The position numbers and the translations under genes were made by a program. A DNA stretch of 63,741 nt, counting the filler, from Octopus bimaculoides (taxonomy: Eukaryota): assembly GCF_001194135.2 (NCBI RefSeq). It is 5 parts of 3 records of this genome, joined end to end, with 100 filler letters (N's around TTAATTAATTAA, not from the genome) between each part and the next. Parts side by side here need not be neighbours in the genome. Positions count along the whole stretch, not along the records: positions 20,586 to 39,229 come from NC_068984.1; positions 39,330 to 51,865 come from NC_068991.1; 3 more parts are not named here. One strand, given 5' to 3'. Below are positions 37,570 through 50,622 of this stretch, one piece after another (the first letter of the stretch is position 1; each line of letters opens with the position of its first letter). The notes beneath the pieces were generated by a model. That model was not told the origin of the DNA, searched no databases, and saw only the letters and a program-made list of their open reading frames with translations.

Positions 37570-39596
37570 ACGCTAATTCTCTTTCACTCGCTTATACTGC
37601 TCGAAATCTACATACCTTTAACTACTGCCTACCTATGCATATATCGATGTGTACATGGCTATAGGTTCATATATGTGCTTACATATACGTATAGTATTAT
37701 TATCTAGAGCATAAAACTAATGCAATCTTTCTCTCTTCTTGTTCTTAGCATATACGCGGCTGATAGAAATGAATCTTAACTTATTATGTTAATTGATTGT
37801 AGTAATTCGTTGGTGGGAGTGAGAAACGTTATAAAAAAAGCATAAGGCGTCTCACTGAGTGCTCGAACCATTCAATTGTCACTAAACTAACTTGTATTCC
37901 GAGGATGACATGTTCATCTCATATCTGCGTAGAAAGTGGACGTTAAATAATGATGATGTCGATACATACTTTTAGACATAACTATCTATTTATCTATATT
38001 TACGTACATTTACGCAAGATCTGTGACAGAATATATACATCAAATGGAATACAGATTATACTTACATGCATATTCCACACTGGCAATAGTTGTGTTGGTC
38101 TGCATGCAATATATTACAATTTTCTTAGCCTTTTATTAGCTAATTAATGTCTGTAATCTTTTAAAATGTGGCTTCCTTTCTTCCTACAGCATTATGTGAC
38201 ATTTTCAAAGGAATTCTCAACTAACAGCACAGTGGAATTGCTCTCACATCGCTCTTAACCCATTCACATCTCATTAAATTTTTTTCTCCTACTCATATCA
38301 ACTGATGTCATTAATATCAATAGAGTGCACCGCCTCGCTTGTGTTTTAGAGAAACGAATTCTTGCTATCACTCTGCTACCAGCTGCGGAATTCCTGCTTA
38401 TATCTCTTACGGACTATAATGAAGAGTTAGTTAAGTGAGACTATGACCCTCGGAGAACATCTAATTGTGCTCTAAATTTCTCTTTGAATTTGCTTCGAGT
38501 ACAAATTTTAGGTACAGCATCTTCATACATAACTTAATAGATTCACACCTGCCCTTTCTTTATTTCTTGTTTCTTGAATCCAAACTAGTCTGCACTGTCA
38601 AATAAAGAATTGGTTTGTTAGCTTACAATGCTGAGCTCAGCTTTTTTTTCGTCGGGCTGCAGAAGATATATTACTATTAGTCTCAAACCAGAGTTCCCCA
38701 ATCAACTTTCTCAGTTTTATAACAGAATTTCCAGTCATCCGATAAAACATCCTGCTGCTGGGAAATATTAACTTACTTGGAAACAGATATATGTTAGTGA
38801 GAGGAAGAAAATTTGACTTTAAAATATCTGCATCAACGACTTCCATGCGGCCCATGTAAGCACGAAAAGTGGAATTCAAAATTATGATAATGACTTTTGA
38901 AATGGTAAAGTAAAATGTTAGGAAAACTCGGTGGCTGTTTCGACCAATCTCCCAGACCATGTTGAAATCTTTCTCCTTTACTCAATGTAGGCCGCTTATT
39001 TTCTGGTACAAGACTCACATTCAAAGTGTTAATTATATTGGGTATATGACTCGCACAATTCTGGATATATGATGTGAACTTATGAATTTCTATTTTGTAG
39101 TTTGAAATTATATATCTTTTCTCCTCCATGACCAAAGCGTTAAATAATAAAAGAAGTGATAAGGTTTGAAAAAATTGCTATTCGTACCCAGTGAAACATA
39201 TATTCTTATATATATATATATATATATATNNNNNNNNNNNNNNNNNNNNNNNNNNNNNNNNNNNNNNNNNNNNTTAATTAATTAANNNNNNNNNNNNNNN
39301 NNNNNNNNNNNNNNNNNNNNNNNNNNNNNATATAAATAAATAATTACAAGCACGCGCGCAAATATATATATACATATGCGTGCATACACAAGTATATACA
39401 AGCTCACGCATGCACACTCACACGTACACACACACTCGCGCACGTACACAGGCACACGCACGCAGGCATACATATACTCACACAATCGTACAGTTATATG
39501 TATATCCTGATATAGAAGTGAAATAGATGGATACACAAATAGAGAAATAGTGAGCGAGATAGCGGTAGACCAATAATTAGACAGACAGACAGACAA

Positions 39597-39650
<54 letters not shown>

Positions 39651-39669
39651 TGATATACAGATAGATAAG

Positions 39670-39871
39670 TCGGCGAGGTGGCAGAATCGTTAGTATACTG
39701 GTTGAAATGGTTAGTGGTATTTCGTCCGTCTTTACGTTCTAATTTCAAATTCCGCCGAGGTCGGCTTTGCCTTTCGTCCCTTCAGGATCGATCAATGAAG
39801 TACCAGTTTCGTACTGGGGTCGATCTTATCGACGGCCCAAAAATTTCGGGCAGTCTGCCTAGAATAGAAGA
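39670..39871 (+). mobile_element. SINE family A, full length
   Basis: ggcgaggtggcagaatcgttag...ttcaaattccgccgaggtcggctttgcctttcgtcc...gcctagaatagaag. Confidence 0.9.
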
Positions 39872-40523
39872 GGATTTATAGACGGATAAATAGATAGATA
39901 GTTAGATAGATAATAGATAGATAGAGGGAGGAAGAGATAGATTCAGAAAGAGGTAGACTGACTGATAGATTGACTGATCGATTGATTGAATTGCTGATTG
40001 ATAGTAATTAGGAAAATGAATGCTAGTATTGTTCGTTTGCAAAATATAGTCAATAGAAATTCAATTTTTCTACGTAGAAGATTTTGTCTCTCGATCCTCA
40101 GATTAATGATGAAATTACATTTGAAGTTTGCTCATAGGAACGCTGTTTGGATCTGCTATATAACTCTAAAATCAACTTACAGATAAATATAAGCTACACG
40201 TACATCCGAATAATGTTCACATGGTTATAAGACTCGATATAATACATTTATAATGTATTTCTAATTAGGATAATTTATGAGGCATTCAGTTAGGAACGCC
40301 AATCGTGAAAGAATTGGAAATTGAATCGTAAGCTTTGTAGTGAAATGTAGCTTTTTCTACGAATATGTGACTTACATTTATGGAGGTGTAGCGTAAACCT
40401 TGGCTTGTATACAGACACTTATATATATATATATATATAACAGCAGACTTCAAAATAAAAAAAAAAATAATAATAATAAAAATTAGCAAAATGTGGAACC
40501 TGAAGACTAAAACAATACATAAT

Positions 40524-40876
40524 GTCATAGGTGCCCTGGGAATGACAACGAAATGGGCTGATTACTACCTAGCTCAGATACCAGGAAACCCCAAAATGGC
40601 TGAAGTTCAAAAGATAGTGCTCATGGGAACTGCCCATATCCTACGTAAAATACTGTCTATGTGATCTCAAATTTTAAAACAAACACATAATTTTCTAATG
40701 GTTTCTTAAACATTCACTAGAACAACACTATGTACAAATCCAAATATATGGTACCCTAGGCATAACACCTACATGAACTTCTAACTTGTCTCTTGAGGTC
40801 TCTGGGTGAGACTTGGATCCAACTTGTACAAATGCAAAGCAAAAGTCAAACATAAAATAATAATAATAATAATAAN
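40524..40876 (+). mobile_element. 5'-truncated R4/Dong LINE: ORF C-terminus, 3' UTR and (TAA)n tail
   Basis: Open frame 40524-40664 VIGALGMTTKWADYYLAQIPGNPKMAEVQKIVLMGTAHILRKILSM*, the conserved end of restriction-like-endonuclease LINEs. Ends in (TAA)n at the gap. Confidence 0.88.
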
Positions 40877-42213
40877 NNNNNNNNNNNNNNNNNNNNNNNN
40901 NNNNNNNNNNNNNNNNNNNNNNNNNNNNNNNNNNNNNNNNNNNNNNNNNNNNNNNNNNNNNNNNNNNNNNNNNNNNNNNNNNNNNNNNNNNNNNNNNNNN
41001 NNNNNNNNNNNNNNNNNNNNNNNNNNNNNNNNNNNNNNNNNNNNNNNNNNNNNNNNNNNNNNNNNNNNNNNNNNNNNNNNNNNNNNNNNNNNNNNNNNNN
41101 NNNNNNNNNNNNNNNNNNNNNNNNNNNNNNNNNNNNNNNNNNNNNNNNNNNNNNNNNNNNNNNNNNNNNNNNNNNNNNNNNNNNNNNNNNNNNNNNNNNN
41201 NNNNNNNNNNNNNNNNNNNNNNNNNNNNNNNNNNNNNNNNNNNNNNNNNNNNNNNNNNNNNNNNNNNNNNNNNNNNNNNNNNNNNNNNNNNNNNNNNNNN
41301 NNNNNNNNNNNNNNNNNNNNNNNNNNNNNNNNNNNNNNNNNNNNNNNNNNNNNNNNNNNNNNNNNNNNNNNNNNNNNNNNNNNNNNNNNNNNNNNNNNNN
41401 NNNNNNNNNNNNNNNNNNNNNNNNNNNNNNNNNNNNNNNNNNNNNNNNNNNNNNNNNNNNNNNNNNNNNNNNNNNNNNNNNNNNNNNNNNNNNNNNNNNN
41501 NNNNNNNNNNNNNNNNNNNNNNNNNNNNNNNNNNNNNNNNNNNNNNNNNNNNNNNNNNNNNNNNNNNNNNNNNNNNNNNNNNNNNNNNNNNNNNNNNNNN
41601 NNNNNNNNNNNNNNNNNNNNNNNNNNNNNNNNNNNNNNNNNNNNNNNNNNNNNNNNNNNNNNNNNNNNNNNNNNNNNNNNNNNNNNNNNNNNNNNNNNNN
41701 NNNNNNNNNNNNNNNNNNNNNNNNNNNNNNNNNNNNNNNNNNNNNNNNNNNNNNNNNNNNNNNNNNNNNNNNNNNNNNNNNNNNNNNNNNNNNNNNNNNN
41801 NNNNNNNNNNNNNNNNNNNNNNNNNNNNNNNNNNNNTATATATATATATATATATATATGCACATATACATACTGACACACATATGGGTCTACGTTCAGT
41901 CACTATGCCTCGTTCATAAGCACATAGACATGTAAGTATTATGGAACCTTACCCACGCAATATATATTGTATACACGCAGAATATATTCAAAATTATAAA
42001 GTACATCACAAGTTCTTTTATCCCAGAAATATAATGTACAATACGGATTTAGAATATTAACTTTTACTACGCCACATGCTATTCAAGAAATCTCCCCTTC
42101 CAGCACAAACCAAAAACAGTAACCATAGAACACACAAATACTCACACACACATATGCACACACACGCACACACTCATATACACACGTGCGCGCGCACACA
42201 CACACATATATAT

Positions 42214-42362
42214 TGGCGTGGGTAGTGTTGTAGTAAGAAGCTTGCTTCCTAGTGACATGGTTCCGGTTTCAGGCATCATGGGGTAGTATATTCCTCTATA
42301 GCCTCGGTCTGACCAAAGACTTGTGAGTGAATTTGGTAGACAGAAACTGAAAGAAGCCCGTC

Positions 42363-42413
<51 letters not shown>

Positions 42414-42640
42414 TGTGTATGTGTGTCTTTGCGTATGTGATTGTCCGCCACTACCGCTTGACAACCGGTATTGGTGTGCTTACATCCCGTAACTTAGCAG
42501 TTCGTCAAAACGCATCGACAGAATGAGCACCAGACTTTACACAAAAAAATAATAAGTACCTAGTTTGGCTAAATTTATTCAAAGCGTTGCCCTAGCTTGG
42601 TCGCAGTCTAATGACTGAAACAAGAAAATAAAATGAAAGC
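42214..42640 (+). mobile_element. SINE family B, full length, with internal (TA)n/(TG)n
   Basis: tRNA-like head, gaaagaagcccgtcg(ta)n, ccgcttgacaaccggt...cgtaacttagc...gcagtctaatgactgaaacaag tail. Confidence 0.9.
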
Positions 42641-43386
42641 TACCTATGGATACAGTCGAATTGAAATTATAAGTAATCTTCAGTCATTTACCACATCGAA
42701 AATCTATTCTAGCTTGTATTAGAAACCTCCATGTAATAGAGAGGTACCAGGAAATTATCCCTGTGTTTAGCACTCATGCGTGTTGCATATTTGTGCATTT
42801 TAATGTTCACCATTGGCGTATGTATTGAATACTCTTATCGAATACGCTTCTAGGGAAGCAATTTTTCTGCAAACTTTTCTATAAATTATTTCTTAGAATA
42901 TTCTTCACACTGATATGTCCTTATATGTGTAATCTATGATCCCCGTTAGGTTATTTTCAGCGTGTTTCGAATTTAAGCAAACGATGCGTACACGAAGAAA
43001 ACCTCATGCAATCAGTCGCTTGAGGACAAGGAACTAGAAATTTCGAACAGTGACGAAGGCAAATTCAACTTTGCATAAATAAATAAGTCAATAGATAAAT
43101 GTATCTTTGGATGTCTGCATATATCTAAATATCTATTCCCTCTCTTTCACTATCTCTCCATCACTATCTACACATACATACATACATGCATACAAAACAA
43201 AACACATATTTGTACATGCTCTGACTCCAAATACTGCACATATAGACACTCACATACAAATACACATACACACACTCGTGCATATACACATACAAACAAA
43301 CAAACACACACACAAACAAAGACACTCTTTTAATCTTGTTGAAATTCCAATGTAGCAAACTTGGATGTAGGTTAGAAACCGGTTCT

Positions 43387-43556
43387 TTCTCTATTGGCAA
43401 AACATCTTCTCACCTAAGGCCCGAAATTTTGAGGGAGGGCCAGTCACATAGATCTACCCTATTACGCAAATGGTACTTAATTTATAGACACCGAAAAGAT
43501 GAAAGGAAAAGTCGACCTCGGTGGAATTTGAACTTGGAACGTAAAGACAGAAGATT
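43387..43556 (-). mobile_element. SINE family A, partial
   Basis: aaggcccgaaattttgaggg...gatgaaaggaaaagtcgacctcggtggaatttgaacttggaacgtaaagac. Confidence 0.85.
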
Positions 43557-44024
43557 TGCCAATAAATCATGAAATAAAACGGAATAATGGCATATATGTT
43601 ATCAATGACTTGTAGGCACACGGTATTCCGTTGTGCAACCATAATATATTACAAAGTATATTAAACGTTCTTATAAGTCAATACCGTGTACTACTCTGTT
43701 AGCAGTGCTATGAAATCACGTGCTAAAATCATTTCTACAGATTTTCTATAGAAATTAAAGCCAGCACCGATTTTGCTACGGCGTTTCGTACCGGAGACGT
43801 CAAATGTAAACAAACAATAAGACCGAAGGTGAAAAGATGGATAATGGGCGTATATGCCATACTTCGCGAGATTTTGCTTCTTCATCAGCACCCATTTAAT
43901 CCATTAATGACCCACGAATTCATTGCTTGAATAGCCACTACGTATAGCGGTGTAACGGTATTGGCTTTACCAATTGACATATGACAAACACTCCTGAACG
44001 CTGGTACATAAATATTCTTTTCTA

Positions 44025-44418
44025 CTCTAGGTACAAGGCCTCAAATTTTGGGGGGAGGGGACCAGCCAATTCGATCGACCGCAGTACACAACTGGTACTT
44101 AATTTATCGACGTCGAAAGGATGAAAACCTAAGTCGACCTCGGCAGAATTTGAACTCAGAACGTAGTAGCAGACGAAATACCTATTTCGTTATTGCCCAC
44201 AAGGGGCTAAACATAGAGGGAACAAACAAGAACAGACGAACGGATTAAGTCGATCACATCGACCCCAGTGCGTAACTGGTACTTAATTTATCGACCCCCC
44301 GAAAGGATGAAAGGCTAAGTCGACCTCGGCAGAATTTGAACTCAGAACGTAGTAGCAGACGAAATACCGCTAAGCATTTCGCCCGGCGTGTTAAACTTTC
44401 TGCCAGCTCACTGCCTTG
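44025..44418 (-). mobile_element. Tandem (dimeric) SINE family A
   Basis: Two cores (about 44090-44180 and 44270-44418) joined through an alternative tail cccacaaggggctaaacatagagggaacaaacaag. Confidence 0.9.
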
Positions 44419-45504
44419 CTGGTATGTAAATATTAATGCCATGTGGGCACACATCATTTCGTTATGCAACCGTAATATGCTACAAATTATATTGAACGTT
44501 TTTATAAGTCAATACCGTGTCCTGCTGTGTTAGAGTAAGCCTAAAAGTCGCCTGTTTATTCATATTTCTTAATTGAAGTGATTGAATTAACATTTGACTT
44601 TGCAGCGTCAAAATTTAAGTGTAAGAACAATTTAGGCAATGTAAGTCGTAATGAACGCACGCCTGAGAATAATAAACTAATCTTGAAAGTTAGCAAAAGC
44701 CAAATTCAGAAGAAACTTCCTAGACAAAGAAGACAAAACATTATAAAAAAATCACAATATCTTTGAAAACTGTAGTGTATGTAACATTGAAAAATTCTTG
44801 TAACGCCCGCAAATCTGCTATGGTCTGTTGCTCTGCGTGGAAGTTCCCGGAATCTTCAAAGTATTCTAATATGATTAGCTTCTAATGTTTCTCTAATATG
44901 TTAGAAGGCGACTGCTGCATGCCAAGATATGAAATTTAGGGAAGATCGAGGCAAAGGGAAATTTGTCCTCATTGTTGGGCTCACTTAGTAATCAAGCCTC
45001 GAGGTTGACCTAATGAATATTTTCACGTGGCTGTTAGTTTTGAGAAAAAACAAAAAACAGAACATGAAAACATACTACACTCTAAAACAAAGATACACTC
45101 CACACTTCTCGTAAGAGATGAATTCATACTACCGAGACTCATTTATAAAGCTCGTCATTGTTAACGTAAAAGAAGGTGTCTTTAACCTATAATCACCTAA
45201 GGCCATACTTGAAAATTCTGATACTTTTTAATAATACACAAGGGTCAAGCGTTTTTAGTAGGAAACCTGACTTTATAGGGATCATACAGCTACCAAACCA
45301 GGCAGACAGAGGTGCAGAAAAATCCTGTATTCCAGCATACGATATAGCATGATCGGAATTACGATTATAGTTAGATGTATTTCAGCTTCGACTGATATTA
45401 TTTGCCCACTTCTCATAAACTAACAAAAGATTGTTAAGTGAAATAAGAGAGAAATTAGCTTCAGTAGCACATGTAACATAGGACCCGAATTTTTTTTTAC
45501 CGCT

Positions 45505-45518
45505 TCATCATCATCATT

Positions 45519-45555
<37 letters not shown>

Positions 45556-45895
45556 CCACCAATACCACCACCGAAACCACCACCACCACTATCATCATCA
45601 TCATCATCATCATCACCACCACCACCACATCACCATCATCATCGTCATCACCATCATCATCAAAATCATCACCACCACCACCACTACCATCATCATCATC
45701 ATCATCACAACCACATCACCATCAACGTGATCATCATCATCATCTTCATCATCATCATAATCATCATCACCACTACCATCATCATCATCATCACCACCAC
45801 CACTAACAGAACCAACATCATCGTCGTCGTCGTCGTCACCACCACCACCACCACCACCGCCACCACCACCGCCGCCACCACCGCCACCGCCGAGG
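45505..45895. repeat. Compound trinucleotide repeat (CAT/CAC/CGT/CGC)
   Basis: Directly visible; source of the poly-G/D/V/M and poly-I/T ORFs. Confidence 0.95.
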
Positions 45896-46140
45896 GAATC
45901 AAAAAAAAAAAAAGAAATAGCAACATAAAAATACAAAAGACACTAAGTCGTAATGCTAAGTAAGCTTGGACAAAAACAGAAACTGCATATTTGCATATGT
46001 GAACTGCATTCATTGCAAAAGAAAAAACAAAAAAAAACAAAAAGCTGTTGCGATGCTGTAGTGCATAATGTCAAGATATTGCATTACTGCAGTTAGTTTC
46101 CACAACATCATAATTCTATCAGAACATATTGGTGACTCTG

Positions 46141-46326
46141 CGGCAGTGTGTCTGACTGGTTAAAACACTGTGACATTCTGTTAATAAAGTATGTTTATCC
46201 GCCAAGGTCGACTCTGCCTTTTATCCTTTCGGGGTCGATAAATTTAGTACCAGTTGCGCACAGGGGTCGACCTTATCGACTGGCCCCCTCACCCCAAATT
46301 TGGGGCCTTGTGCCTAGAGTAGAAAA
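46141..46326 (+). mobile_element. SINE family A body with a different or degraded head
   Basis: ccgccaaggtcgactctgccttttatcctttcggggtcgataaa...ggggccttgtgcctagagtagaaaaga. Confidence 0.85.
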
Positions 46327-46477
46327 GAAAAACGTATATATATTTTTTGTTTCTGTTTTAGCCTCAGCTCACTCTCCTCATAAGCCATTCATATGACCAT
46401 AGCCGTTTTTGATGTGACAATTAACAAAATTAAAAGGTAAAGCCCTTTAAAGCTAGTTTCTCGGTTTTTGTAGCGTA

Positions 46478-46543
<66 letters not shown>

Positions 46544-46869
46544 CAGAGAGAGAAAGAGAAATAGGGAGACAGAAAGAGAGGGAGGAGTCATGAAAGCAAT
46601 TAGCTACTATTCTTTCCAAAAAATTTGTTTATTACGATGTTCGATTGTAATTCTAGATTAGAGAAAACAGTCTTTGTCTATATTTTAGACGATATATGAA
46701 GAAGAGTGTGTTGCAAATTGTCTTATGATAGAATTTTAATGCATTTTCTGTGAGCCTAAAAATGACTTTTGTTTTAAGGTGTTTTTTCTTCTGGAAATGA
46801 TTGTTTCTTATGAACGATTACAATCTTGCATAAGTCACAGCACAGCTTCTGTACAGAAAATTATTTAAT

Positions 46870-47478
46870 GCAAAACTTCCAACGAGTAGGTGGCATATAG
46901 AAAAGACCCTATGTCAAATGGCAGTCATATCTTTCTCATGTCTCATAACAGAATACCTACGCGCACAGGAAGTAGGTTTGACACATTGGATTATAAACGC
47001 CTCAACATGAAATAGCATTGACAACTCGATAAAGGGATAAGTGTAGAGTCCGTTGAAAAAATCATTCGCGACCATTTGCACCTCCGGAAGTTGACTGCAC
47101 GAGGTATTCCTCGGATGTTCACACCTTTTCAGAAGCAGGAAGGAGTCAATTGCTCTCGGACTCTTTTGTCAATGTGCCAAGAAAACAAGGAAGACATATG
47201 ACACCAGATGAATCATGTGTCCATCATTATTATCCTGAGCCTAAAGTCCAGTCGAAGCAATGGAAGCATGATAACACAGTAACGCCGAAGAAAAGGCTCG
47301 TGTCCAACCCTTAGCATGTAAGGTGATGCTCACAGACATTTGGGACCAGCACGGAATAGTGATGACAGATTTTCTGTCAAAGTGCACCACAATTAACGGG
47401 GAATATTATGCATTTCTGCTGCAGAAATTGCAGGATACCATCAAAGCACAGAGGAGTGCCATGCTGACCAAAGGGGTC
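46870..47478 (+). mobile_element. Mariner transposase fragment (irritans/Himar-like)
   Basis: ISVESVEKIIRDHLHLRKLTARGIPRMFTPFQK...TPDESCVHHYYPEPKVQSKQWKH...KVMLTDIWDQHGIVMTDFLSKCTTINGEYYAFLLQKLQDTIK. Confidence 0.88.
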
Positions 47479-47892
47479 AATTGTGCTATAGAACCTTCGA
47501 AGATGCCGTTCAACACTTTTCTTTGCCTGCTAACGTATCTCTCTCCCCCCAACTTTAGAGTAGCAAAATCATTAAGAATCATTCATCAAGGCTAGTAAAC
47601 TACAAATTATAAATATCCAGCTACCACACTTCAAACGTACCAGCTATAACTTTTTATCTCGATTTGAAAATACGTGAAGGTATTTAGAATGCCCTAACAT
47701 ATTTCTGTAAATATGCTAAGCACTGGTGCTAATCATAGTTTAATCAATAAGCGTAGGAGCGAGGTAAATGCAATGAAAATAGCGGGGTCAGTGGAGTCAA
47801 TTTTGAGCGGTTCCTCAGAAACTGAAACTCCTTACGATACTCCCCGGGAGTTCATGGTATGAAATTGAATCGACGGAGTGCCACTATATATA

Positions 47893-48045
47893 TTCTCCGA
47901 ACTTTCCATCTTTTCGACGAAGGGCTACGCCCGAAACGTCATACACTCTCTCTTTCCTTTCCTGAGCGTCCAATAATACTATCCATATCACGTCCTCACT
48001 TTGTTGTTTTTTTGTTCTTTTGTTATTGTTTTTTTGAACTATATA
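47893..48045 (+). mobile_element. PLE-type tail with hammerhead-like motif (47914-47940), 5'-truncated
   Basis: Near-identical to the reverse complement of 19966-20113; ends in (TA)n. Confidence 0.72.
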
Positions 48046-48099
48046 TATATATATATATATATCTTTTGTTTTTTACTTCTTTCTGTAATTCGACGGTGG

Positions 48100-48400
48100 T
48101 GGTGCTGGAGCGCTGTCTTCACTTCTAATTTTTTAATACCTGTCGCCGAACAGCTGGGTTACGAAGAAGCAAACATGTGAACAGACACAAGGACACACAC
48201 AAACACACACTCACACACACCTACACACACACATATAAATGCATGTGTGTGTGTGTGTATACGAAGGGCATCGGCTTCTGTTTTAGGTTCTGTCTACCAG
48301 ATACACGAAAAAATAGTTTAGTTACTCGAGGCTATGGGGGAAGGCACACCCAAGGTGCCACGCAGTGGGACTGAACCCGAAACGATATGGTTGGCAAACT
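48100..48400 (-). mobile_element. SINE family B, degraded
   Basis: ggcacacccaaggtgccacgcagtgggactgaacccgaaac head in reverse, with an internal (CA) tract. Confidence 0.75.
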
Positions 48401-49587
48401 TCATATATACATATGTAACACATATATGTACATATGTACATGTTTTATATATGTATAAATAATATATATATATACACAGACAAACCAGAACATACACAGA
48501 CATAGAGCGCCTATGTGTGAATATACGTGTGTGTATGTGCGTGACAGATTCTGTGAGGGCGCAGGCGCTTCGTTGCATTCATGTGTGTATGGATGTTACA
48601 TAGAGTATGCTACACAATGCGTGTGTTCAAAAGATCAATCTCTTGATGCGAAAAAGTATAACCTAAGATTATCTATGTAATTTTACATGCAGTCATGTAA
48701 GGATGTATAAAACGAAAGCACATAGCGCGTGCGCACGATCACACACGCTCTTACAAAATACGCAAACATATCTGTACATAAAAATAGATGTAGAGGAGAT
48801 TAATATATAAATGAATATATCTGTATATATATATATATATATATNNNNNNNNNNNNNNNNNNNNNNNNNNNNNNNNNNNNNNNNNNNNNNNNNNNNNNNN
48901 NNNNNNNNNNNNNNNNNNNNNNNNNNNNNNNNNNNNNNNNNNNNNNNNNNNNNNNNNNNNNNNNNNNNNNNNNNNNNNNNNNNNNNNNNNNNNNNNNNNN
49001 NNNNNNNNNNNNNNNNNNNNNNNNNNNNNNNNNNNNNNNNNNNNNNNNNNNNNNNNNNNNNNNNNNNNNNNNNNNNNNNNNNNNNNNNNNNNNNNNNNNN
49101 NNNNNNNNNNNNNNNNNNNNNNNNNNNNNNNNNNNNNNNNNNNNNNNNNNNNNNNNNNNNNNNNNNNNNNNNNNNNNNNNNNNNNNNNNNNNNNNNNNNN
49201 NNNNNNNNNNNNNNNNNNNNNNNNNNNNNNNNNNNNNNNNNNNNNNNNNNNNNNNNNNNNNNNNNNNNNNNNNNNNNNNNNNNNNNNNNNNNNNNNNNNN
49301 NNNNNNNNNNNNNNNNNNNNNNNNNNNNNNNNNNNNNNNNNNNNNNNNNNNNNNNNNNNNNNNNNNNNNNNNNNNNNNNNNNNNNNNNNNNNNNNNNNNN
49401 NNNNNNNNNNNNNNNNNNNNNNNNNNNNNNNNNNNNNNNNNNNNNNNNNNNNNNNNNNNNNNNNNNNNNNNNNNNNNNNNNNNNNNNNNNNNNNNNNNNN
49501 NNNNNNNNNNNNNNNNNNNNNNNNNNNNNNNNNNNNNNNNNNNNNNNNNNNNNNNNNNNNNNNNNNNNNNNNNNNNNNNNNNNNNNN

Positions 49588-49636
<49 letters not shown>

Positions 49637-50588
49637 ATATATGTATATATGTATGTATGTATGTATGTATATATATGTATATATATATGCATGTTTATAC
49701 TTATCTATGTAAGAATGGATGAATGCGCGCACATATGCTGTATTCATGTATGAAAATATGTCCCAATATAAGTATGCATATTTGTGTGTATGTGTATACA
49801 TGTATATAGGCATATAATCTTTTATATATATGTGCGTGTGTGTGTGTGCGTGTGTGTGGGGGTGTGTGTATGCTTGTGTGCGCGTGTGTGCGTGGATACA
49901 ATTATATATACCAATGTGCGTGCCTGTTGGTGCAGATATATGTGTTGGTGTAAATGCATGTATGTTTATGAAATATTTGTGCATATATATCTTACAGTGT
50001 ATAGTTTTCAGGATTCTTCATGGATTAAAATATTTTCAGATATTTATATCCGGAAAATATAATCATCCTAAAATTTATTACTGATGTACAGAAATGTATT
50101 ACACAGACAGGGAGATATAAACGCACGCATGCACACATACGCAAACACACACACTCACACAGATACACACACACGCAAACGCACATACACTCTGAATGAG
50201 TGTTGCACTTATTCCAGCTGAATGATATATACAAATATACATACCATTATATACACATGCCGTTATATATTTCTATACAACCTTAAATAAAAAGTGGAAG
50301 AAATATATATTATATATTTGTTTACGGATACGATTATATTTATGCATTTGTTTATATACATATATACACACATAAATATCTATGTATATACATATTAATA
50401 TAAATCTATATATATTTGTATGTTTGTTTTGCGTGAATCTATATATGCACGTGCACATGTAGACTTACACACAGAGACGTGTGCACATGTATATCTGGAT
50501 TTGTCAGTTATGTAGTTTGTACATACGATTGTGTAATCTATACGAAAATGAATAATCCTCGTTGGCTTCCGTCATATACTTACATACA

Positions 50589-50622
<34 letters not shown>

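Noticed and set aside
38450-39135. Overlapping 100-107 aa minus-strand ORFs
   Set aside because: No recognisable motif, splice structure or codon signal.
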